A program made the position numbers and the translations under genes. From contig CAXHJY010001741.1 of the NCBI GenBank assembly GCA_964016885.1, positions 62,001 to 126,000 of the forward strand: 64,000 bases of DNA. The letters are read 5' to 3'. Positions within the stretch are counted from its first letter, which is position 1; each line of letters begins with the position of its first letter. Below, one piece after another: positions 29,067 to 41,828 of this stretch. The notes under the pieces are model-generated. The model was not told the DNA's origin. It did not search any database and was given only the letters and a program-made list of their open reading frames with translations. Source of the DNA: Eledone cirrhosa. Its lineage: Eukaryota.

Positions 29067-29464
29067 AAAGTAATGTTACAATCGATCTAATACTTTAGAT
29101 AGGGAATCAATAGTACAAGTACATCATGTGTATGTTATGGTATGTTATGCATATGCTTTATGCATGTATACACTCGCATATATAATATACACACGCACAT
29201 TCAAACACATTGACACATATATATCTAAATATAAACATACACACATAAATGAATATTAAAGAAATAGCCCCCAAGCTGTGACAGGTACAGTCTATGGAGA
29301 AAACAAAAATAAATTAACGAAAACCGAAATGACATAAAGAGAAAACTCACATCATTAGCTGTCTATACGATATCTTTGTATTTAAAAGTAATGTCAAAAA
29401 TAACAAAACAAACGGCAGAGTGGAAGAAATATATTAGTTTAACGCTTGGTGTAGCAGGAAGAGA

Positions 29465-29502
29465 ATCTTAACGTTTCGGGCACTACTACTTCGTCAGAAG
29501 AT
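29465..29502 (-). ncRNA. Degenerate minimal hammerhead motif
   Basis: Minus strand atctt-CTGACGA-agtagtagtgccc-GAAA-cg-TT-aagat. Stem I has 5 bp, stem III is the palindrome AACGTT, and stem II is decayed. Confidence 0.6.
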
Positions 29503-29981
29503 AGAGTTAGATATAGAAAATAAATAGAAAGTAAAGTGTGATGAGAGGGAGGAACGGGAAAAATGAGAAAAAAATTGGGAGGAAAAAAAATCTCACGTGC
29601 ATATTCAGTCAGCCATGTCCACGCTTACGCGGACCTCTCAAATTCGTTTGATTTTCTCATTTGATTTTCATTCTGAAACTGTTGACTTTTATCATATGTT
29701 CAAACACACACACACACACACGCACACACACACACACAGAGATGCATACACACACACACAGATGCATACACACACACACACACACACACACACAGATGCA
29801 TACATACACATATGTTTGTGTGTGTGAGTTTAAAATATATCGTAGTAGAGGTGTTTGAATTATTCTATATTTCTTCGACTTCAAGCCCTGTTTACAAGTG
29901 AATAAATCATGGCTGGATATTTTATGCATGATGGGATGATGTGAGAGTGATGTATCTATGTTCTACCATTTTGGTTGGGCT

Positions 29982-30164
29982 TTGGCAGTATCAGTAGAGA
30001 GTTGGACGCCATGCTTTGCAGCATAGAGTTACGGCCCTTTATGATCTGAGTTCAAATCCCGCCGAGGCTAACTGTGCCTTTCATCCGTACGCGGTCGATA
30101 AAATAAAGTACCAGTAATGCACTGGGGTAATTGCTGGCCTTGTGCCAAAAGTAGAAATAATTAT
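29982..30164 (+). mobile_element. SINE family A
   Basis: Matches family consensus. Confidence 0.85.
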
Positions 30165-30209
30165 TTATGCGAGTTTCCAGATTCCTGGTATTTGGCACTG
30201 TTAGTACAA

Positions 30210-30210
30210 A

Positions 30211-30253
<43 letters not shown>

Positions 30254-30299
30254 TGTAGTTATAGTTGTAGTAGTAACAGTTGTAGTAATAGTAGCAATC

Positions 30300-30350
<51 letters not shown>

Positions 30351-30410
30351 ACAGTTATAGTAGGTGTAGTAGTAGTAGTAATAACTGCAGTAGTGGTTAT
30401 AGTAATAGAT

Positions 30411-30456
<46 letters not shown>

Positions 30457-30480
30457 CTGCAGTCGTCGTAATAGTAGATG
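30210..30480. repeat. (TAG)n imperfect microsatellite
   Basis: Direct reading. Confidence 0.95.
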
Positions 30481-31044
30481 TATGTAGAGAGGGATTGTGG
30501 TAATGATTGTCTATGTGGTATTAGTAGAGTTAGTAGTATTTGACAATTAGTCGACGACGACGTATTACATACGAACAAACAGCATCAACAAAAAATAATC
30601 AAAAGTCACATCTTATGTTTTTTTTTAGAGTATGATCACACTTGTTAATTTTCACAACGAGGCTCATAAAAATTGTAGTTACATCTACATAAGGTTTTTC
30701 CCAGATCTTTTAACGTATACTATGTTGTGAATAGATATTTATTGTTTAATTAATTACGTATGTCAAACGAATGCACTACATGCAAATTAAGCTGCCAATT
30801 CCAATTCAATTCTAATTTCTCTTTCACGGAAATTGCGACTGCTATCAATTTTCTCAACAGACATCATCCTAAGATTACATGTTTTCTGATGAACGGCCAA
30901 TAAACTGTGAAACACGAAAATACAATATCTCGTGTTTTTCAGTGTACGAAAAAATAACAAAAATTTATTCACATTTGTTGCCTTTTCACAGCGCAACATG
31001 AAAACATTAAATTTATTAACTACCTTTATTATTTTTACCCTTAC

Positions 31045-31296
31045 ATGAGTTCAAATCCCGCCGAGGTTAGCTTTGCCTTTCATCCTTACGAGGTTGATGA
31101 AATAAAGCACCAGTAATGCACTGGATCGATTTAATCGACTTTACCCCCTCTCTCCAAAAAATGTGTTGACCCCTTGTGCCTAAATCTGAAACCATTATTA
31201 TTAACTTTGTCTTTCATCCTTACAGGGTCGATAAAATAAAGTACCAGTAATGTACTGGGTAATTGCTGGCCTTGTGCCAATAGTAGAAACAATTAT
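31045..31296 (+). mobile_element. Two 5'-truncated SINE family A copies in tandem
   Basis: Two central blocks and two tails. Confidence 0.8.
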
Positions 31297-31605
31297 ATAT
31301 TATCCTTACAATGTTGATCGGTAAATATGTTAAAGTGTCGGTAAATTGCTTCGACAATGTCCTTGGCCCTGGGGCGTCTCATTCACCATCCTCCGGGAAA
31401 ACACCTTCTCTATTCTGTCCGACACTGCCATAGGGCGGCCCCCATTTGCTCACAATAGTGTGTGATGGGGAGAGCAGGAGAGACGGAGGTAGTGACAGTG
31501 GGAGTTTGGTTCTTTGGTGTTTGGACCTGGTGTTTATATGTGTATATGGGAAAGAATGAGTATTTGGTAGTAGCTACATTTTTTTCCCTGTATGTCTAGT
31601 TTACT

Positions 31606-32178
31606 GGTGGATTGGCAGTATCGGTAGAGGGTCGGACGCCATGCTTTGACGCATAGAGTTACGGCCCTTGCCATTCTGAGTTCAAATCTCGCCGAGGTTA
31701 ACTTTGCCTTTCATCCTTACGAGGTCGATAAAATAAAGTACCAGAAATGGACTGGGTAATTGCTGGCCTTGTGCCAAAAGTAGAAACAATTATTTGGATT
31801 GGCAGTACCGGTAGAGCGTCGGACGCCATGCTTTGCAACATAGAGTTACGTCCCTTTACGATCTGAGTTCAAATCCTGCCGAGGTTAACTTTGCCTTCCA
31901 TCCTTACGGGTGTCGATAAAATACAGTACGGGTAACACACCAGGATAATTGCTGGCCTTGTGCCAAAAGTATAACAAATTATTATATCCACCCAGCTTCA
32001 CGGCAACGTGTTATGGCCCTTTACGTTCTGAGTTCAAATCCTACTGAGGTTAACTTTGCCTTTCATCCTTACGGGGTCGATAAAATAAAGCACCAGTATG
32101 CACTGGGGTCGATTTAATCGACTTTTCCCTCCCCCTCCAAAACATTGCTGGCCTTGTGCTTATAGTAGAAATCATCAT
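31606..32178 (+). mobile_element. Cluster of three head-to-tail SINE family A copies
   Basis: Copies at about 31606-31793, 31796-31985 and 32000-32178. Confidence 0.85.
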
Positions 32179-33165
32179 TTTATCCATTTTAGAATCATAA
32201 AAGGTTTATCTAACTATCAACTCGTAACAAAGGGTGTAACTGGCAACGCTACTATTTTTGCAAACTTTTGACAATTTAGCCTTGTTCATGTGGTTAATTA
32301 TTTTTATATTTCTTTACTGCACTAGGGCTTGATAAACACAGCCACAAGGGTTTGGTTCGAACGTGGAAGAGCCGAACTCCCACTGTCATCGCCTCCATCT
32401 CTCTCACCCTCCCCATCTCTCCGTATGGTGAGCAAATGGGGGTCCCGCGTGCTGGACTCCCCACAACCCCAGCGGACAGAGTGCAGTAGGCGTTTCCCCA
32501 GAGGATGGTAAGGGAGATGCGCTGGAAGAGCTATTCCAACTCACGAGTATCACACCTGCGGCTGGCCAGCTCAGCGCCTATGGTGGTGAGTAGGGAGGTA
32601 GCCCTAGGGCCAAGGACACCAGAAGTCTCCATTGCCGGCTCTTTACTTCCTGAGTTCAAATCCTGCCGAGGTTAATTTTGCCTCTCATCTTCCATGATCG
32701 ATAAAATAAAGTAGCAGTTAGTACAGAGGTCGTTATAATCGACTTTCCTCTTCTCTGAAATTGCTGGCCTTGAACAAATATTAGGAAGAATCATTAATTA
32801 CTATTTTCTCTTCTCTTCCTTCTTTACTTTCTTTTCCATAAACTTTTTTTTCTCTTTTTGATTTTCTATCTTTATCTTTCAATTTCTTCTTTTCTGTTCT
32901 CTCTTTCATTCTGCCTTTCTTTCTCTCCGTATATATTCTTTTAGATCTAGAGAGAGAGAGAGAGAGAGAATGAGAGAGAGAGAGGGGGAGAGAGAGACAG
33001 AGAAATGCATAGAGAGAGGGCGAATTATTCGAAGAAAGAGATGGAGACATAGAGAGAAAGGGTGACAGAAAAAGAGAGAGAGAGAGTGAGAGAGAGGGAG
33101 AGAAAATACATAGAGATCGGGAAAAGTATTCGAAGAGAGAGATGGAGACATAGATAGAGAGATAA

Positions 33166-33211
<46 letters not shown>

Positions 33212-33279
33212 AGTGGGAGAGAGAGAGAAATAAATAGAAAGAGGGAAAATATTTGAAGAAAGAGATGGAGAGATAGAGA

Positions 33280-33355
<76 letters not shown>

Positions 33356-35154
33356 GAGAGAAAGGGTGAGAAAGAGAGAAAATATTGAGAAAGAGAGAAG
33401 AAAGAGGTAAACATACATAAAGAGAGAAAAAGAGTAATATGTAGAGAGGAAACGAAAATGAAAGCAAGAAGTGGGGGAACACAATGTGTGTGTATGTGTG
33501 TATGTGTGTATGTGTGTATGTGTGTATGTGTGTGTATGTGTGTGTGTATGTGTGCGTGTATATGTGGGTATACATGTATGTGTGTGTGTATATCTGGGGG
33601 TGAGTGGGCGTGTAGATATGGTGGAAAACTGAGAATAACTGAAATCCCGCACAAACACACATTCACACATACATACACACATACATACACACATACATAC
33701 ACACATACATGCACATACGTGCATATACACACACGCACACATACACACATGTGCATACACATACACACATTTATGCACACATACACACATACATGGACAG
33801 ATGCATACATAAATAGACGTTCAGGCACACGCATATATACATTTACACACACATCGACATATATGCACACATACTTGCAAACGCACATTTACACACGCAT
33901 GCTCACATTCCCATTTACCAACACACACACACACATACATGCATTCACACACCCACACATAAATACACATACATATACTCGCCTACATATTCCTATATAC
34001 AAACATAAACGCACATACACATAAACACACATACATATATTCGCCTAGATATTCCCATATACAAACATAAATGCACATACACATAAACACACATACATAT
34101 ATTCGCCTACACAAACACAAACATTCACACATATGAAAACACACACACAAACAAAAGTCTCCCAAATCTCACAGAACCCTTCTAACTGTTTATACATTGA
34201 TACGGCCATTGTAGAGATATTTCCCTCCCTCATTAACATCATACTCCTCCCCCTCCTACTTTCTCTTCCTTGTGCTTCTTACTCTACCTTACACTTCTCA
34301 TACCGCCACCACGTTCCTTCTATAGAAACTCTGTTTATCAGCAACTCCTTCACTTTTTCTACCTCTTCCTTCGACTTCTCTGCCTTACTCCCTATTACCT
34401 CCCAACTCCCCCCCCATCACTATTACACTAAGTATTTTTGCTTTATCTTGCAAATTTCGAAAGATATTTCTTCTTTCCAGAGCCTCTTCCCCTACGTACC
34501 GCCCCTCCTCCTACTGCCCCCCCCCCCCTGCTCCTCTTGCCTTTCTATCATTTAAGTGTAGCATGCGCATGCGTATGCGTGTGGGTGTGGGTGTATGCGT
34601 GTGTGTACTCGGAAACGAGTATATGTAGGTGTGTCTTTATATATTGCCACTCCCAGGCTTCTGCACAGTTTCTGTATACCAAATTTCATTTACAGAGCAT
34701 TGGACCGAACCCGAAACCAAAAGGTTGCAAAGCGAATTACTTAAACACCCAACCATCCTCCGTCTATGTATATTACATTTCTCACGCAACCTTTATCATC
34801 TCCCACTCCAACTCCACCTTCCTACTAAATCCTCGGCTTACCCTCTTTCTAAACTATCCTTCTCTTCGTCCATTGTTTCTCCGTTTACCTCTCACCCAAA
34901 TGTTTTCTTCACCTCTTTCTATTCCCCTTTCCTGATACGATATGTGTTTTATCTTGTAGTGTTTACCTGATAACGTTCCTTTTGTCCCACAACTCAGCAA
35001 CTTATCTTTCTCATAGATTTTAATTACAATTAAACCATACTGGATTTGGTATTTTTGCTGTGTGTGTTGCAATTGTAGCTTTTGTAGTTGTTCATGTTGT
35101 TGAGGTTCTTAGTTTGTTGCTATGGTTGTTAATGTTGTTGTAATATATAAATAA

Positions 35155-35269
<115 letters not shown>

Positions 35270-35413
35270 CATATATATATATACATATATTATATATATA
35301 CATATATTATATATATATATATATATATATGTATATAACGAAGGAAATGTGGTATGAAACCAGATGGACCATAACGCACCAAAGTACTCAATAGTTAGGG
35401 TAGCATATATATA

Positions 35414-35639
35414 ATGTATGTATATATATAATGTATGTATATATATATAATGTATGTATACATATATAGGAACGAGTAGGACCCCGACGGCTGAGCTCAA
35501 GCCGTTTCGACGGCTAATTCTGGACTCGTCCAGAATTAGCCGTCGAAACGGCTTGAGCTCAGCCGTCGGGGTCCTACTCGTTCCTATATATGTATACATA
35601 CATTATATATATATACATACATTATATATATACATACAT
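35414..35639. repeat. ~225-bp palindrome centred on a putative HHR stem II
   Basis: Centre 35526/35527: tttc-gacggctaattctggac tc gtccagaattagccgtc-gaaac. Confidence 0.92.
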
Positions 35640-35643
35640 ACTA

Positions 35644-35678
<35 letters not shown>

Positions 35679-35759
35679 CATACATATATATATCACCTTG
35701 ACCGACTAGTCGGGCGGGCGTTAATCGGCGCTGCTTTAGCCATAAGATAACGCCATCCC

Positions 35760-36727
<968 letters not shown>

Positions 36728-36754
36728 TATATATACATACATTTCTCTATTTTC

Positions 36755-36814
<60 letters not shown>

Positions 36815-38404
36815 TTATTTATTTATTTATTTATATACCTTGTTATGGAGGTATAGTTACTGTTATGGTCACTGATGTTGTAGTCAGTGTTGTTATAGCT
36901 ACTGTTGCTGGGCTTGCTGTAATTGTTGTTGCTGTTATGGTTACTGATCTTGGCATTGTTGCAAATGCGCATGCTCCTATATTTTGCAAATTGTTGTTGT
37001 TATTCCTATTGTTGTCAAAAACATTGCTTACGCTAGATATTGCTGTTGTTGCTATAATTGTTCGTTACAACCGGATCACTTTTGTTCGAGAAGCCTGATT
37101 ATCAAACGCATTCCAACCATGACTAATCCATCGATCTGAAATTATTTTTTCGTAATATATCTGAGTTCAAATCCCGCCGAGGTTAGCTTTGCCTTCCATC
37201 ATTACGAGGTCGATAAAATAAAGTACAGTAACACACTGAGTTCGATTTAATTGACTTTCTCCTCTCCTAAAATTTGTTGGCCCTGTGCCTAAATAAAAAA
37301 ACCCATTATTTTATCTAATGTGTTCTTTTGTAAGACGGAGTACGATTTGAGTGAAATTTGCCTGTTATTTCTAGCAGATCGGATGATTAGATAGGGACTT
37401 ACTCGTTGAGTTGTTACTGTGCATCATTGCTGTTGTTTGTTTTTTACTGTTTTAGTCAGCGAAAGAAGGCAGCACCATGACACATTTCAGGGTCTGGTGA
37501 GAGTGAGCTAATAATGTATATTCAAATCAGAAATCTGGCCTACATGTTTACAATGAAGTGGTCCTTCCTGAAAGCAACCAAGATCCATGTGGTGGAGGTG
37601 TAAAACCGAGCAACAGATTAATACTACCACTGAAGTAGGACCACGATGTCATTTGGAGTCGGAACGGAAAATGCCGAAACAAATACCACGAGGCATCTTA
37701 TCCGATCTCTCTATCTACGCTTCCAATTCCCCGAAATTGTTGCTATTATGTTAGAGTTTCTTAGTATTCCAGTTATTGCTGATGTTGAAACTGTTGTTAT
37801 TCCTTTTGATGCTGTTATTGTTGTTAACGTTGTTGTTACCGTTGTTGTTACCGTTGCTCTTGTTGCTAATGTTACTGTTCCTGCTGATATTACTGCGGCA
37901 ATCCTTGCTGCTGTTGTTGTTGTTGTTGTTGTTGTTACTGTTGTCACTAGTGCTGCACCTAGGTATTGTTTCTGCTGCTCTTGGTTTTGTTGTTGCTGTT
38001 AGTTTTGCAGCTGCCGTTACTGCGCTGTGTTGCTACTGCAGTTGTTATCGTTAATGCTGCTGTTGCTTCTGTTGTCGACTGTTATTGTGTTTGTTGTGCT
38101 TGTTGTTCCTGTTGCTATGTTGTAGTTGTTATCTATACATTTATTTATTTATAAACTATAACCTTCACACAGTATTTGACATATCCCACAACAATGGAAC
38201 GGCATGAATATGTATTGTATTTCCCTAATCTTTAACATAATGCAACGCCGTCTATCCAATATCTTTTACTGACAAAGGTAAAGGACACCAGCCTGAGATA
38301 GGACACACAGATCAAAAGACGTGTCTTTCTAGAAACTGAACATTCAATGGTAAATCTAACAACCAGATTGTATGGTATGAACACAACTCGTAGTCCATTA
38401 TTCT

Positions 38405-38598
38405 AGGAGGTGGATTGGCAGTATCAGTAGAGCGTCAGACACCATGCTTTGCAGCATAGAGTTATGGCCCTTTGCACTCTGAGTTCAAATCCCACCGAGG
38501 TTAACTTTGCCTTTCATACTTAAGGGATCCATAAAATAAAGCACCAGTAATACACTGAGATAATTGCTGGCCTTGTGCGACAAGTAGAAACAATTATT
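38405..38598 (+). mobile_element. SINE family A
   Basis: Matches family consensus; another truncated copy lies at about 37160-37310. Confidence 0.85.
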
Positions 38599-39262
38599 CT
38601 ATCAGTAACTAATGAACTGTTTACACTATATACGAATTTATATTTCATTGTTATTTAAAAAAAAAACATTTCTAAGTTTTAAATAATTTTCGCCACAGTT
38701 TATAATTTCAGATGCCAACTGGCAATTCATCAATAAATCTCTTATCGTTCATAGATGTTTGTTCTATTAACGAAATGTTCAAACAAATAGGTTATTCCTA
38801 TATTGTTCAACATTGAAACGATCGTATTGAACAACCATAACAAAGAAATATGACACACAAGTACGCACACACACACACGTACACACGCACACACACATAC
38901 ACACACTCACACACATACACACACGCGCACACGCATACACACACGCACGTACACACACACACACACACATATATATATACATATATGTAAAAGTTCTATT
39001 TAAATTGTTGGGATACAACAAAGAAATATTTTTATAACTGATATAAAGCACTCAACAAATACGATATTAACAAATGGAAACTATATTTATAAAACCATAT
39101 TTATTTCATTATACATATTTCAAGGACACCATATATAATTAATAAATAATATATAAATAATATAATTAAAGCTACAACTCCACTATCCGGGAGCTTCCAA
39201 CAGTAATGGTTGCATTCTTTAAGGGTATGTCAATATTTATTTATAAAACTGATCTATATTAT

Positions 39263-39325
39263 ATTTTATCTGATGAAAGCACACCATAATTTAACTTGGT
39301 GTCCTTGAAATATGTATAATGAAAT
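39263..39325 (+). ncRNA. Type I hammerhead ribozyme motif
   Basis: attttat-CTGATGA-aagcacacca ... tggtgtcctt-GAAA-tatgta-TA-atgaaat; AUA triplet. Confidence 0.68.
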
Positions 39326-39365
39326 AAATATGGTTTTATAAATATAGTTTCCATTTGTTAAAATC

Positions 39366-39419
<54 letters not shown>

Positions 39420-39656
39420 TAGCGAGGTTTTTTATATGAAATCGTGTGTCGAAACAGATATTGTTATACTTGGGGAGGGTCATATTTGCGTAATATTGCC
39501 AGACACACACAACACTATACACACACGCAAACGCATGCGCAAAGAAGACAAAATAAAATAAACAAACAAGCAAATAAATAAATAAATAAATATATAGACA
39601 GACTGAATAAAAAATGGCGTAGACATACAACACAACAGGAGGAAAAAATATAACAC

Positions 39657-39694
39657 CACTGACGATGTTGCAGATGTGCAACGAAAGATTTATG
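39657..39694 (+). ncRNA. Degenerate hammerhead motif
   Basis: ca-CTGACGA-t gttgca gatg tgcaac-GAAA-gatt-TA-tg. Perfect 6-bp stem II; stems I and III are weak. Confidence 0.5.
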
Positions 39695-39895
39695 TAAATT
39701 ATGTAAACTATATATATGTGTTTGTGTCTATATTGTATCTGTATTATTTTTGACCGTCGGTCAGGCAAGGCAACATTGAGGACCGAGTAAGTTAGATCGC
39801 AGATATAAAAGACAGCGAGAAGCGAAAACCAACCAAACAGTGTGTTCTGTTATTAATTCTGGCAATATTACGCAAATATGACCCTCCCCAAGTAT

Positions 39896-39965
<70 letters not shown>

Positions 39966-40000
39966 TTGAAAATTGCAAACTTGACTGTCACCACACATTA

Positions 40001-40039
40001 TGAACCTGAAGATTGCGAAAGCATGAAAGTACTTGTTCA
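40001..40039 (+). ncRNA. Minimal type I hammerhead ribozyme motif
   Basis: tgaac-CTGAAGA-t tgc gaaa gca t-GAAA-gtac-TT-gttca. Palindromic stem III AGTACT, GNRA-capped stem II, CUU triplet. Confidence 0.75.
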
Positions 40040-40864
40040 ATTAACACTTAACATTTAATGTTCTATCATACTATTTCCTTATAATACCATTATAAATTTT
40101 AAAGGATTGTAAATAAAACGAGTAAATCAGACAAAGCTGGAATTCCTTTTATTAATATAATCTTCTATACACAATCATACACACCCGTGTATATTTTTCT
40201 ATCTATATATCTATATATATACATATATATGTATATTGCAAAATGGTTCTAAGTCAGTGAAAAGATAAATCCAACGAGAAAATGCGCATCGACATTAAAT
40301 GCAATCGAGAAAAGTTTGTATGTATGTGTACATATGTATATATTATGCACAAGTGCATGCGTGTATGTATGTATTATGTATGTATGTAAGTATGTATGCA
40401 TGTATTTGTGGATATAAATAAGTATGCATGTTTTTATGGATTTGTGTATGTATGTATGTATGTATGTAAGCATATATATATATATATATATATATATATG
40501 GATATACATATGTATATATCTGAATATGCATGTATGTATATTTGTGTGCTTTCGCGTTTGTGTATGTATGCAAGTATGTTACGTATCCAAATATGTATGT
40601 AAATATGTGTGTCTTCAACTGATGTGTGAATTAAGTAAACTGTTTATGTTTTATTTACATTAACTAACATTTCCGCTGCAAATGAGAAGTTTCCCATGAA
40701 AATAAATATTAATTGTTTTAGAAAAATTAAACAAAAAAAAAAACACATTCTTTCATTTTTCAGACAACATTTTCCGGTTAAAAAGGATCTAGTAACAGCT
40801 CTCACATACCTACATTTCTTATCTCTAAAGAATCACTTCCTACAGACAATCACACAGGCTAAAG

Positions 40865-40917
<53 letters not shown>

Positions 40918-40997
40918 GTACACACACGTATTTATATATATATGTATATACATATATATATATATATACACACACACATATATATATATATAAATAG

Positions 40998-41116
<119 letters not shown>

Positions 41117-41120
41117 CATA

Positions 41121-41158
<38 letters not shown>

Positions 41159-41469
41159 TATATATATATATATATAAAAGGAACGATCGACTTTCGTCAA
41201 ATCGGACCGAGGGAACAATGTTTCCGTTGGTCTTTCCAATTGCTAATACTATCTATCGGTCGCAACTCCAGGTAGATATATATGAGTGTGTGTGTGTGTA
41301 TTAGTTTCAGTTCTAATTGTCGTTCACAGCGTAGGAGAGCTCTAATACATACAATAGTAAACATCTGTTTGTTTATTTATTCTTGTCCTTGCAAAATAAT
41401 TATGATATTTGAACAAAGCATGTACGAAGTTCACTAAGCATGTTCAGAGAAGATTGCATGTGTAAACCA

Positions 41470-41659
41470 ATAATTGTTTCTACTATTGGCACAAGGCCAG
41501 CAATACCCAGTACATTACTGGTACTTTATTTTATCGACCCCGTAAGGATGAAAGGCAAAGTTAACCTCGGCGGGATTTTAACTGAGAATGTCAAGGGCCG
41601 TAACTCTATGCGTCAAAGCATGGCGTCCGACGCTCTACCGATACTGCCAATTCACCGCC
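41470..41659 (-). mobile_element. SINE family A
   Basis: Matches family consensus. Confidence 0.85.
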
Positions 41660-41828
41660 AATAATATAATATAATAATATAATGTTGGCTATGAGAAACG
41701 TACGCTACAAGCTCTCCGGACCCAAGTTCATGATCTTAGCAATGGCTGCAACAAAACAACTCTCTTAATGCTGTCATCGGTTGATAGCGAAAAGTGGATG
41801 AGGTGTCGTGGAATTTTTTATATTAGTA

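Noticed and set aside
41176-41215. Minus-strand GACGAAAGTCGATC next to (TA)n
   Set aside because: Possible HHR 3' half, but stems II and III cannot be closed by eye.
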